From the NCBI GenBank assembly GCA_963836075.1, contig CAWIIB010000009.1, forward strand, positions 3,170,602-3,234,601: a DNA stretch of 64,000 nt. The letters are read 5' to 3'. The notes beneath the pieces are model-generated. The model did not search any database and was not told the DNA's origin. It saw nothing but the letters and a program-made list of their open reading frames with translations. This document shows positions 29,186 to 37,650 of the stretch, one piece after another. The DNA comes from an uncultured Acidobacteriota bacterium. Lineage in GTDB: Bacteria > Acidobacteriota > JAQAZP01. The translations under genes were made by a program, and so were the position numbers. How positions within the stretch are numbered: position 1 is the first letter of the stretch; each line of letters begins with the position of its first letter.

Positions 29186-30568
29186 TCAGTCGTCCCGCGG
29201 GGAGACGTCCCGCTGGCCGTTGCCGTAGATGCCGGTCGCGGCGGTGATCCGTCCCTCCCCGTCACGCTCGATCTGCAGCACGAACTCGTCCACCCCCTCG
29301 AAGACAAACTGGTCGTCGCCCAGGGCGATCAGCTCCCGCTGCGGCATCTCGCCCCGCTTGTAGAGCAGTGTACCGCCTTCGACGAAGATCTTCCGGTCGC
29401 CGTAGCTGCCGGCATACTCGGCCAGCGCTTCGGCGTCCAGCACCACCGGGTCCACCCGGGCCGTGAGGATCCGTCCGGCCTGCTTCAGTTCTGCTGCCCG
29501 TTGGGGGGTCTCCGCTTTTTCGGCCAGGCGCTTGAGCGCCTCGATGTGCGCGGTGTCCAGGGCCTTGTCCGCCGGCACCGCGATGTCCGGCTCCACACCG
29601 CTGCCCTCCCAGTTGGTCCCGGTGATCGGGTTCACCGCCCGGCCAAAGGGCAGGGACATGGAGATTCCGATTTCGGGGAAACTGACAAAATTCACCGGAT
29701 GGGCACCGCCACCGGTGGTCTCGCCCACCAGGGTGCCCCGTTTCAACGACTTCATGTTGTAACTGAACTCCTCGGCCCCGGAAAAGGTGTAGCTCGAGGT
29801 CAGGACATAGAGGTCCACGCCGGTCATCCGCGGGCCCTGCACATGGGCGGCGGTCCAGAACTGGTTGGTGGTGTCCGACTCCCTGATATAGAAGCTGTTC
29901 AGGTGGGTCGGCTGATCCACAAAGTAGCTGGTGATCAGCTGGATCAGTGAGGGGTCGCCGCCGCCGTTGCCCCGCAGATCAAAGATGACCGCGTCGCAGT
30001 GGGCCAGAAAATTCATTGCCGCCACGGCCGTGGGGCCGGAGATCTCGGCGCCGGTGAAGCTGTTCAGCCGCAGGTAGCCCACGTTGCCCTCGAGGATCTC
30101 GATCTTCTGGAAATCAAAGTTGCGGCGCCGCTGACTGTCCAGTTGCTGCTGCAACTGGCGCTCCTCCTCGGCAGTCTCCGGCTCTCCGGGCCCGCCCTCC
30201 CCGGGCAGCCCGGTGTACATCACCGCCAGGTGCCGGTCGTGGCTGATGTCCCGCAGGTCCTCGGTGAGGGTGGCGCAGAATCGCGGACCGTTGTCCATGC
30301 CGTCATAGGCCCCGCTCTCCAGCCGTTGCCGGATGCGGGCGGCCATCTTCTCGGCGGTGTCGAGGAAGACGTAGGTCTTGAGCAGGGCGGCGGAGACCTC
30401 GTCCACCGCCGCGGCCCGCTGGTCGGCGCTGATGGGCGCCTGGCCCTGCACCCGCATCATCACCTGGGCCGTGGTCAGCTGGGGCAGTCCCAGGACCAGG
30501 ATCAGTACCAGGGCCGGCCAGCGGCCGGCAATAAGACAGCTCTTCCAGTTCTTTTCAATCGGGTTCAT
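29186..30568 (-). CDS. Peptidase S41 family protein (secreted)
   Basis: ORF track 460 aa with a signal peptide. Motifs VGYLRLNSF, IFDLRGNGGGDPS and LTSSYTFSGAEEFSYNMK..VGETTGGGAH. Confidence 0.8.
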   Translation of the reverse strand: MNPIEKNWKSCLIAGRWPALVLILVLGLPQLTTAQVMMRVQGQAPISADQRAAAVDEVSAALLKTYVFLDTAEKMAARIRQRLESGAYDGMDNGPRFCATLTEDLRDISHDRHLAVMYTGLPGEGGPGEPETAEEERQLQQQLDSQRRRNFDFQKIEILEGNVGYLRLNSFTGAEISGPTAVAAMNFLAHCDAVIFDLRGNGGGDPSLIQLITSYFVDQPTHLNSFYIRESDTTNQFWTAAHVQGPRMTGVDLYVLTSSYTFSGAEEFSYNMKSLKRGTLVGETTGGGAHPVNFVSFPEIGISMSLPFGRAVNPITGTNWEGSGVEPDIAVPADKALDTAHIEALKRLAEKAETPQRAAELKQAGRILTARVDPVVLDAEALAEYAGSYGDRKIFVEGGTLLYKRGEMPQRELIALGDDQFVFEGVDEFVLQIERDGEGRITAATGIYGNGQRDVSPRDD

Positions 30569-30688
30569 GGTCAGCTCCCTCTGTTCGGAAATCCGCCGGC
30601 TCAGGCATCTGCCGGATCAGCTGGGGACACACCCCGCAATTCATCATTCTCTAGTTTCATAACGTCCGGGCCGGCTGAGGGTTCCCCG

Positions 30689-30722
30689 CTAATTAATACG
30701 ATTCGCATTATATTTGAAAATG
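30689..30722 (-). promoter_or_regulatory. AT-rich island; likely promoter region for the S41 peptidase gene
   Basis: The sequence ctaattaatacgattcgcattatatttgaaaatg sits in otherwise GC-rich DNA. The minus strand reads TATAAT (30707-30712) and TATTAA. The -35 element is poorly defined. Confidence 0.3.
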
Positions 30723-30749
30723 TCCCTCGCCGACAGTGCGGGTCGCGGG

Positions 30750-32459
30750 TCATGGCGCCAGGTCGGACCGCAGGTAGACCGCCAGGGTGTAGGTGATGGA
30801 CGGGTGCTGGTGGGAGAAGAGCATCTGGAAACGATACCCGCTCTGGAACCGCTGGTGGGCGAAGAGCCTCCGGTCGGCCATGGTGCCCGGTTCCAGCCGT
30901 CCGGGGTCGATGGGCCGGGGCAGGCCGCGGGGGCCCACCATGGTGATCACCACCGCTTCCGGACGCTGGTCGAGGATGTGGGCCGGGTCGTATTCCTTGT
31001 GCAGGAAGCCGCCGGGGCTGTGGGCGATCACCCGGTCAGTGAGCCCGCTGATGTCCAGCACCCGCAGTCCGGGGTTGAGGAAGCCCACCAGCCCGATATC
31101 CATCAGGGCCACCGTTCCCCCGGCGGGAACCGGGCCTGACCCCCCCAGCCAGCGGGCCAGGGCCAGGTGCCCCTCGCGGTAACCGGCCTCGCGCACCGCC
31201 AGGCGCCGGCGGAGTTCCGAGCGCGGCTGCCAGGCCTGGAGCTGGCCGGCCAGCAGCAGGCCGGTGGCCAGGTAGACGGCCCAGGTGCGCACCGCCCATG
31301 CCTGGTGATTGCGGAAGAGCAGAGCCAGCAGGGCCAGGGCACCCAGTGATTCCACGGCGGCCATGGCCGGGATGGTGGGAGCCACCAGCCGGAATCCGGG
31401 CATCCAGTCCGAGCCGGTGAAGATAAAGGAGGCCAGGTGGACCAGCACCAGCGCCGCGGCCGGCCAGAGCGGGGCGGAGCGCCGTCCGGCCCGCAGCAGA
31501 GCGGCGAGGCCTGCGGCCAGCGGCACGAGGAACAGACCATAGCGGCCGAAAAAACTGGCCAGGTAGGCGGACCAGGACTGGCCGGCAAACCCGCCCAGTT
31601 TGGCGTAATAGGTGTTGGGCAGCAGCTGGCCGTCGAAGTAGAAGTAGCGGAAGAGGGACCAGAGCGCGGCCGCGGCCAGCACTGCGGCCAGGGTGATCAG
31701 CGGCTGGCGCAGGCGGCGGCGAGAAGCCGCCAGGCCGGCCAGCAGCGCACCGGCAGCCGCGGCACCGGCCAGCAGCGCACCCTCCGGCCGGGTCAGCGCG
31801 GCCAGGGCCAGCAGCACGGCCGAGCCGCGCCACCGGCCGCTGCGCCACTCCACGGCCAATGCCCAGAGGCCGCAGGTCAGCAGGGCGGCCAGCAGGGTGG
31901 TCTCCAGGCCGGTCATGGCCGCCGCGGCCAGCGGAGTGGATCCGGCAGCCAGGGCCACCGGCAAGAGGGCCAGCCAGCGGGCGGCGGACCCCCACTCCGG
32001 CCAGGCGCGCAGGGTTTCCCGGGCCAGCCCGTGCAGGCCGGCCAGCGCGGCCAGGCCGCAGAGGAGACCCACGCTCTTTCCAGCGGCCAGCGCTGCCGCC
32101 AGCGTCCATCCGGTCAGGGAGAGGACCAGGGAGAAGAGCAGCACCTGCAGCGGGTTGCTGAACCCCTCGACATATTCGCCGGGATTGTAGGTCAGGCCGT
32201 TTCCGTGGGCCAGATTCCAGCTGTAGCGGAAGGAGATGAACGCGTCGTCGTTGATCACCCGGCCCAGGGAGAGCGCGTGCGCGGTGTAGAGCAGCAGGAT
32301 CAGTCCGAAGAGGACCCAGACGGCGCTGGTCATCCTCATCTCCCCAGGCACTGGTTGGGAAAAAGCCGGAGGCGATGGCTTCTCCGCTGTCGCCGCAGGG
32401 CGTGCTGCAGCTGGATTCTTCCCCTGGCCAGCTTTTTTCTTCGCCTTTCCACGGGCCAT
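30750..32459 (-). CDS. Polytopic GT-C-fold-like membrane protein (family not assigned)
   Basis: ORF track 569 aa. First-loop acidic motif RVINDDAFISFRYSWNLAHGNGLTYNPGEYVEGFSNPL, at least 10 hydrophobic helices and a soluble C-terminal domain. Its start overlaps the upstream stop (TGATG at 32457-32461). Confidence 0.8.
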   Translation of the reverse strand: MARGKAKKKAGQGKNPAAARPAATAEKPSPPAFSQPVPGEMRMTSAVWVLFGLILLLYTAHALSLGRVINDDAFISFRYSWNLAHGNGLTYNPGEYVEGFSNPLQVLLFSLVLSLTGWTLAAALAAGKSVGLLCGLAALAGLHGLARETLRAWPEWGSAARWLALLPVALAAGSTPLAAAAMTGLETTLLAALLTCGLWALAVEWRSGRWRGSAVLLALAALTRPEGALLAGAAAAGALLAGLAASRRRLRQPLITLAAVLAAAALWSLFRYFYFDGQLLPNTYYAKLGGFAGQSWSAYLASFFGRYGLFLVPLAAGLAALLRAGRRSAPLWPAAALVLVHLASFIFTGSDWMPGFRLVAPTIPAMAAVESLGALALLALLFRNHQAWAVRTWAVYLATGLLLAGQLQAWQPRSELRRRLAVREAGYREGHLALARWLGGSGPVPAGGTVALMDIGLVGFLNPGLRVLDISGLTDRVIAHSPGGFLHKEYDPAHILDQRPEAVVITMVGPRGLPRPIDPGRLEPGTMADRRLFAHQRFQSGYRFQMLFSHQHPSITYTLAVYLRSDLAP

Positions 32460-34516
32460 CAGCGGGCGCTCCCGTCACTGTTTTCCAGAATCCTCAGCCG
32501 GTTCCGTATCTCTGTCGCCTGGGCCGGCGGCAGGCTGAAACGTTCCAACATCCCCCGGTAGAGCGTCGCGCTCTCCTGCCATCGCCCGGTCTGGGCCTTG
32601 AGGTCGGCCAGGGCGATGTGAAAGCGCAGCTCTCCGGGATCGGCGGCCAGGGCGGCGGCGAGGTGGAGTTCCGCCTCGCCGGGGTTTTGCCGGCGGTACA
32701 GGTCAAAGAGCCCCCGGTAGTAGCGCCACAGTGGATGGCCGGGGAACAGTTTTTCGGCCCGGGCCAGCCGGGCCAGGAATTCCTCGTCCGTGGCCCCGGT
32801 GAGGGAGGCCTGCAGCAGGCTGTCGTGGATCTGGCTGTCGCCGGCATCGAAGGAGACCGCCTGTTCCAGCCAGGTGGAGGCCTCCACGAAATTCTGCCGG
32901 GCGATGTGCAGCAGGCCAAGATTGTAGCAGGGCAGTGCGCTGTTCCGCGGGGCTGACGACCATCGGGGGCCGGCCGCCGCCTCCAGGGCGCGTTGCAGAT
33001 GCGCCTCCGCCTCCTGGAAGCGGCCGGTGAGACGGTAGAGTTCTCCGATATTGTTCAGCGCCACGGGGTCGTCGGGCAGGATCTCCAGCGAGTGGAGCAG
33101 CAGGTGCTCGGCCTCCCCCAGGTCCCCCTCGTCCATCCGGATCGAAGCGGCCCGGAGGGTGAGCACCACGCTGTCTGGCTGTCGTTCGACGTCGGTGAGA
33201 AACAGCGTCCGGTTGTCGCGCCACTGGGGCCCGCGGGACATGGCGGTGACCGCTGAAGCGGTCAGCCACAGCGCGGCCAGGCCCAGGGCGTGGACCCGCC
33301 GGCGGCCTTCAGGACGGGTCGTCCGGTTCTCACCGGCCGTTGTCCGGGGACGGCGCAGCAGCCAGGCCGCGGCAACGGCCAGGGCAAAGCTGGGGGTGAA
33401 GAGCAGCCGCTCGCCGAAGATGGTGCCGATGGCCAGGGGGATGTTCGAGGTGAGCAGCGCCGTGCAGTAGAAAAAGGCCACGGCAAAGAAGAGCGGCCGG
33501 CAGCGGCGCCAGGCCAGCAACCCGCCGGTGATCAAGGCGGCGTGACCGGCCAGGGCCAGCAGGAACAGCGGGTCGTAGCAGTGGCGGACCAGGCTGATCG
33601 CCTCGAAGGAGTAGTCGCTGCAGAGCCGGAAGGGGAAGAGGATCAGCAGCAGCTGGTAGAAGAGCAGTTTCAGGCCGGTGATCACCCGGATCACGGTATC
33701 GGCGTAAGCCAAAGGGTTCACCGGGTAGTAGACGGTTGCCGGGCCCGCCGAGGCACCTTTGCCGAGGGCGGAGAAGCGCAGCAGCAGGTAGGCCGCCGCG
33801 GGCAGGAGATACCAGACAGATGATCTCAGGGCGCCGGTGACCAGCGCCCGGACAGGTTTTTCGTTGCCCCGGTTCACGGCCAGGTCCCAGAGAACCAGCA
33901 CCGGCAACCAGGCCAGGGCACTCTCCTTGCTGGCCGCGGCGCAGAAGAAACAGGCCAGGGCCAGGGGGAGCCCCACGGCCCGGCCGAAGTTGAGCAGACG
34001 GTAGTCCCGGGCGTGGAGCCAGAGAACAGTGATTCCGAAGAGGAAGGCCAGCAGTTCGGCGCGGCCAACCACGTTGGCCACGGCCTCGCTGTGCACCGCG
34101 TGGAGGGCGAAAAACAGCGAGCCCCAGAGCGCTCCGGTCCCGCAGCCGGTGAGCCGCCGCAGCAGCCGGTAGACCGGCGGCAGGCAGAGAGCGTAGAGCA
34201 GCAGGTTCACCAGGTGGTAGCCGAAGGGGGCCGTCCCGTGGAGCGCATACTGCAGGCCGAAGGTGAGCATGGTCAGCGGCCGGTAGAGCTGGTCGCCGTA
34301 GCCTTGCTGTCCGGCCCACCAGCCGGAGGCCCAGTAGCGGGAGAGGGGGGTAAGGCTGCGGACCAGGGGGTTGTCGCCGATGATCGCTTCATCGTCGAGG
34401 GTCAGGCCGTTGGGCAGGGTGTTGGCGAAGAGCAGGAACGCGGCACCGGAGAGGATCAGGATGGTGGCCCACCCGGGGAGGCCTCCGGCGCTGTTCCTGG
34501 TGTTGCCGTTGATCAT
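32459..34516 (-). CDS. TMTC-like protein: N-terminal GT-C membrane domain + C-terminal TPR repeats
   Basis: N-terminus NGLTLDDEAIIGDNPLVRSL..YHLVNLLLYAL with many TM helices. C-terminal TPRs (ALNNIGELYRLTGRFQEAEAHLQRALE; CYNLGLLHIARQNFVEASTWLEQAV; and others). ATG 34516 forms an ATGA overlap with the upstream stop; the track start 34708 lies inside the upstream gene. Confidence 0.85.
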   Translation of the reverse strand: MINGNTRNSAGGLPGWATILILSGAAFLLFANTLPNGLTLDDEAIIGDNPLVRSLTPLSRYWASGWWAGQQGYGDQLYRPLTMLTFGLQYALHGTAPFGYHLVNLLLYALCLPPVYRLLRRLTGCGTGALWGSLFFALHAVHSEAVANVVGRAELLAFLFGITVLWLHARDYRLLNFGRAVGLPLALACFFCAAASKESALAWLPVLVLWDLAVNRGNEKPVRALVTGALRSSVWYLLPAAAYLLLRFSALGKGASAGPATVYYPVNPLAYADTVIRVITGLKLLFYQLLLILFPFRLCSDYSFEAISLVRHCYDPLFLLALAGHAALITGGLLAWRRCRPLFFAVAFFYCTALLTSNIPLAIGTIFGERLLFTPSFALAVAAAWLLRRPRTTAGENRTTRPEGRRRVHALGLAALWLTASAVTAMSRGPQWRDNRTLFLTDVERQPDSVVLTLRAASIRMDEGDLGEAEHLLLHSLEILPDDPVALNNIGELYRLTGRFQEAEAHLQRALEAAAGPRWSSAPRNSALPCYNLGLLHIARQNFVEASTWLEQAVSFDAGDSQIHDSLLQASLTGATDEEFLARLARAEKLFPGHPLWRYYRGLFDLYRRQNPGEAELHLAAALAADPGELRFHIALADLKAQTGRWQESATLYRGMLERFSLPPAQATEIRNRLRILENSDGSAR

Positions 34517-36528
34517 GCCTCCAGCAACCCCTCGTCGAGCATCATCCGCACCAGCCGCTCCCCCAGACCATGGTCCGGCGGATCCACCGGTCCCGCCGCT
34601 TCCACTGCCTCCTCCCAGGCGCGCACCCCGTCGCACTGATCGATGATCGCCATGGCCAGGTCGGACAGGGGCCGGCAGTGATACCCGTCCCCCGTGGCTG
34701 CCCTCCACCGCGGTCCGGCAGCGACAAAGCTGAGCGGGCTGGACGGTTCCTTGCCCTCCACCGGAACCGCCGGGTCAAAGGCCTGGAGGCGGAGCCTGGT
34801 CAGCCCCGGGGGCGGCCGGAGCACCAGCCCCGGTTTGAGAACTGTACCCCGCGGTGCCTGCGCCGACGGGGGAGCAGGCGGGTCGCCGTGATAGTGCGCC
34901 AGGTAGAGGAAATCGTGAACCGCGGTGCCCGGGGTAAGACAGGGGCCCATGGCCGCCCCGGCCTCGCGAACCAGCCGCCAGCGCTGCTCCTCCCACGGTT
35001 CCTCCGACGGGAGGTCGCCGTCGCCAGGGTCGCGGCCGAAACCCGGCGCCGCCCCGGGCACGGGGGCGGTGGCATCGTTGTAGAGATCCGGGGAACTGCC
35101 GCCATAGGCCGGGCCCCGGCGGCCCGACCGCACCACCCGGCAGGAGAAGGAGAACCCGGGGACGGAAACCAGTGCCCGGTTCCCGGCAAAAAAGCCGCTC
35201 AGCGGCTGGGCCACCGCCGTCCCGCCGGCCTCTTCGTCCAGCCGGCAGTGCAGGTGGACGCCGATGCCTGCCGGCGGAGCACACTTCACCGACCGGCGGG
35301 CCTGCTCCAGTATGTCGTCGCTCTGCCCCAGGGCTTCCGGTCCAACCAGCAGCTGCAGCTTCACACAGCCTCCTTCGGCCAGGCGGCGGCAGTGTGCATC
35401 GTCGGGAAGAGCTGACCGGCCCAGGGTGGCAAACCAGGATGTCGGGGAAGCTTCCCTGCCCAGCCGGGCGGCCACGGCTTCGGCGGTGGGGCTGTCCAGC
35501 GCGCCGGTGAGCAAAAAATGACGGACGTGGTGCCGGGAGGAGAGGGTGATGATCTGCTCGGCCGACCTGCTGGATGCGCGCACCGGCAGCACCGGGTGCG
35601 GGCTGAGGTAGCGGTCCAGCTGGAGCCCGCCATAGGAGGGCCCGGGCAGTTCCTCGGGGGACAGCACCCGGCGGGCCGACAGCACAGGCGGGCCGTCCGG
35701 ATCGCCCTCCTGCAGACCGGGCACCTCGTCCAGCGGACCGGTTTCCATGGCCCGGGCCAGCCGCAGCACCGGCTCCTCAAGCCGGCCGCTGATCATCACG
35801 TCGATGGCATCACCCCAGCCGGTCTCCGCAACCGGCCGGCCGAGCAGCTCCTCCGACATCCACCCGGCCATGGCCGTCCGGACCCCGGGCAACTGCCGGC
35901 GCACCTGGCGCAGCAGGGTCAGGGCAGGCAGAAGCTGACTCTGGTAGTCGGCCAGCACCACCAGCAGTCCGGGTGGATCCCCGGCGATGGAGGGAATAAA
36001 CGCCTCCTGGAAGATCGTGGCCAGCAGCCGTTCTTCGCCGCCGGCCGGCTCTTCCGCCGGTCCATTGGGCACCCGGTCGCCCCCTGCCGAACGGTGGCCG
36101 TGCATCCTGAACCAGCAGGGGGACCAGGCCAGGGAAACCGCTCTCAGCGCTTCCTCGATCACCCGTATCGCCGAGCGGTACTCCTCCAGCCGGTAGAAGC
36201 GGGCCGGGTCGCGCATGGTCCGCTGCGCCTCCCCGACCAGTGCGGCCAGGGCCGGCAACCGGAGCGAGGCACCCACCAGCGATTCATGGAACAGCGCGGT
36301 TTCGCCGTCAATCCGCTCGCTTTGCTCGATCTCCTCGATGCGCCGCTGCGCCTCCCGGCCAGTGCGCTCGAGCCACGCCGGCTCGATCAGGCGGGTGATG
36401 GTCTCCAGGTTGAGGTCCCGTTGCCGGCAGTCCACGCCCTCCGCCTCAAAAAAGCCGGTGAGGGCGGCGATGTTCAGCGGCGGCATGAACGGTTGCCGCC
36501 AGGGCGGATAGATCAGCAGGGTATTCAT
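34513..36528 (-). CDS. B12-binding/radical-SAM-like protein without a CxxxCxxC cluster motif, with a PqqD-like (RRE-type) C-terminal domain
   Basis: ORF track 671 aa. N-terminus LLIYPPWRQPFMPPLNIAALTGFFEAEGVDCRQRDLN resembles the B12-binding domain of class B rSAM enzymes. TIM-barrel-like strands are present (RRLAEGGCVKLQLLVGPE..GIGVHLHCRLDEE). No CxxxCxxC occurs anywhere. The C-terminus PLSDLAMAIIDQCDGVRAWEEAVEAA..LGERLVRMMLDEGLLEA resembles PqqD. Confidence 0.8.
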   Translation of the reverse strand: MNTLLIYPPWRQPFMPPLNIAALTGFFEAEGVDCRQRDLNLETITRLIEPAWLERTGREAQRRIEEIEQSERIDGETALFHESLVGASLRLPALAALVGEAQRTMRDPARFYRLEEYRSAIRVIEEALRAVSLAWSPCWFRMHGHRSAGGDRVPNGPAEEPAGGEERLLATIFQEAFIPSIAGDPPGLLVVLADYQSQLLPALTLLRQVRRQLPGVRTAMAGWMSEELLGRPVAETGWGDAIDVMISGRLEEPVLRLARAMETGPLDEVPGLQEGDPDGPPVLSARRVLSPEELPGPSYGGLQLDRYLSPHPVLPVRASSRSAEQIITLSSRHHVRHFLLTGALDSPTAEAVAARLGREASPTSWFATLGRSALPDDAHCRRLAEGGCVKLQLLVGPEALGQSDDILEQARRSVKCAPPAGIGVHLHCRLDEEAGGTAVAQPLSGFFAGNRALVSVPGFSFSCRVVRSGRRGPAYGGSSPDLYNDATAPVPGAAPGFGRDPGDGDLPSEEPWEEQRWRLVREAGAAMGPCLTPGTAVHDFLYLAHYHGDPPAPPSAQAPRGTVLKPGLVLRPPPGLTRLRLQAFDPAVPVEGKEPSSPLSFVAAGPRWRAATGDGYHCRPLSDLAMAIIDQCDGVRAWEEAVEAAGPVDPPDHGLGERLVRMMLDEGLLEA

Positions 36529-36618
36529 TCAGACCTTCTGCAGTGGATTGCCGGTTTCCGTTGGTAAGTATAGCCCGTTCCGCCGAAGCGGACCAAGGGC
36601 CCCGGGACGATCCGCGGA

Positions 36619-36647
36619 TTGACGCCCGGGGTCCCATTGCCTATGCT
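36619..36647 (+). promoter_or_regulatory. Candidate sigma70 promoter for the agmatinase gene
   Basis: TTGACG (36619-36624), 17-nt spacer, TATGCT (36642-36647), 24 nt upstream of ATG 36671. Confidence 0.4.
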
Positions 36648-36670
36648 TTCACCGAGGTGTTGAACAGATC

Positions 36671-37504
36671 ATGGCCCTGGACCTTGCCAGCCTGCGGCCA
36701 GGGATGGCTTCTCTGCTCGGCCTGCCCCTGGACCGCAACTCGTCGTTCATGCGCGGGCCCGCCGAAGCGCCGGCCCGAATCAGGCAACTGCTGCACTGCG
36801 GGTCGAGCAACTATTGCTGCGAGAACGGTCTGGATCTGAGTGCATCGTCCGGCTGGCTCGACCTGGGCGACATCTGGCTGGAGGGCTGCGACGATCCCTT
36901 CATCCCCATCGCGGATGCCGCTTCACAAATCGTCGACACCGGGGCCCGGCTGGTGGCCCTGGGCGGCGACCACTCGGTGACCCTGCCGCTGCTCCGCGCC
37001 CATGCCGCAAAGCACACCGCCCTCAATGTCCTGCACCTCGACGCCCACGCCGACATGTATGACCAGCTGGAGGGGAACCGATACTCCCACGCCTGTCCGA
37101 TGCTGCGGGCCCTGGAGGAGGGACTGGTGGGCCGGCTGGTGCAGGCCGGCATCCGCACCCTGCGCCCGGTGGACCGTGAGCGCATCTCCCGCCATGGCGT
37201 GGAGGTGATGGAGATGCGGCACTGGGAACGGGGCTGGCGGCCGTCGTTTGACGGGCCGGTCTACCTCAGCCTCGACCTCGACTGCCTCGACCCGGCCTTT
37301 GCCCCCGGTGTCTCGCACCACGAGCCGGGCGGCTTCGCCACCCGCGACGTCATCCGGATGATCCAGCAACTGGACCAGCCGTTGCTGGGCGCCGACCTGG
37401 TGGAGTTCAACCCCCGCCGGGATCCCGACGGAGTGACCGCCATGGTGGCGGTGAAGCTGCTCAAGGAAATCCTGGGGAAGATGATAGAAGAAGAGGGACG
37501 GTAA
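36671..37504 (+). CDS. speB: Agmatinase / ureohydrolase family
   Basis: ORF track 277 aa. Motifs ALGGDHSVTLP, LHLDAHADM, SLDLDCLDPAFAPGVSHHEPGG and DLVEFNP. Confidence 0.85.
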   Translation: MALDLASLRPGMASLLGLPLDRNSSFMRGPAEAPARIRQLLHCGSSNYCCENGLDLSASSGWLDLGDIWLEGCDDPFIPIADAASQIVDTGARLVALGGDHSVTLPLLRAHAAKHTALNVLHLDAHADMYDQLEGNRYSHACPMLRALEEGLVGRLVQAGIRTLRPVDRERISRHGVEVMEMRHWERGWRPSFDGPVYLSLDLDCLDPAFAPGVSHHEPGGFATRDVIRMIQQLDQPLLGADLVEFNPRRDPDGVTAMVAVKLLKEILGKMIEEEGR

Positions 37505-37518
37505 CGTCCGTCTTCTTC

Positions 37519-37643
37519 TGTCATCGCGAGGAGTCGGCGAAGCCGACGACGTGGCGATCTCGTGCGAGCCGAGAAAAAGGGGACAGCCGTTCGACTGTCC
37601 CCTTGAGATTGCTTCGTCGCCCTTCAGGCTCCTCGCAATGACA
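37519..37643. repeat. REP/MITE-like palindromic element: two inverted ~40-nt copies flanking a central hairpin
   Basis: Left arm tgtcatcgcgaggagtcggcgaagccgacgacgtggcgatctc (37519-37561). The reverse complement of the right arm (37605-37643) is tgtcattgcgaggagcctgaagggcgacgaagcaatctc. The element lies between convergent genes. Confidence 0.6.
37579..37602. terminator. Central GC hairpin of the palindromic element (candidate bidirectional terminator)
   Basis: Stem ggggacag (37579-37586), loop ccgttcga, stem ctgtcccc (37595-37602), preceded by aaaaa and followed by tt. Confidence 0.5.
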
Positions 37644-37650
37644 GGAATAC

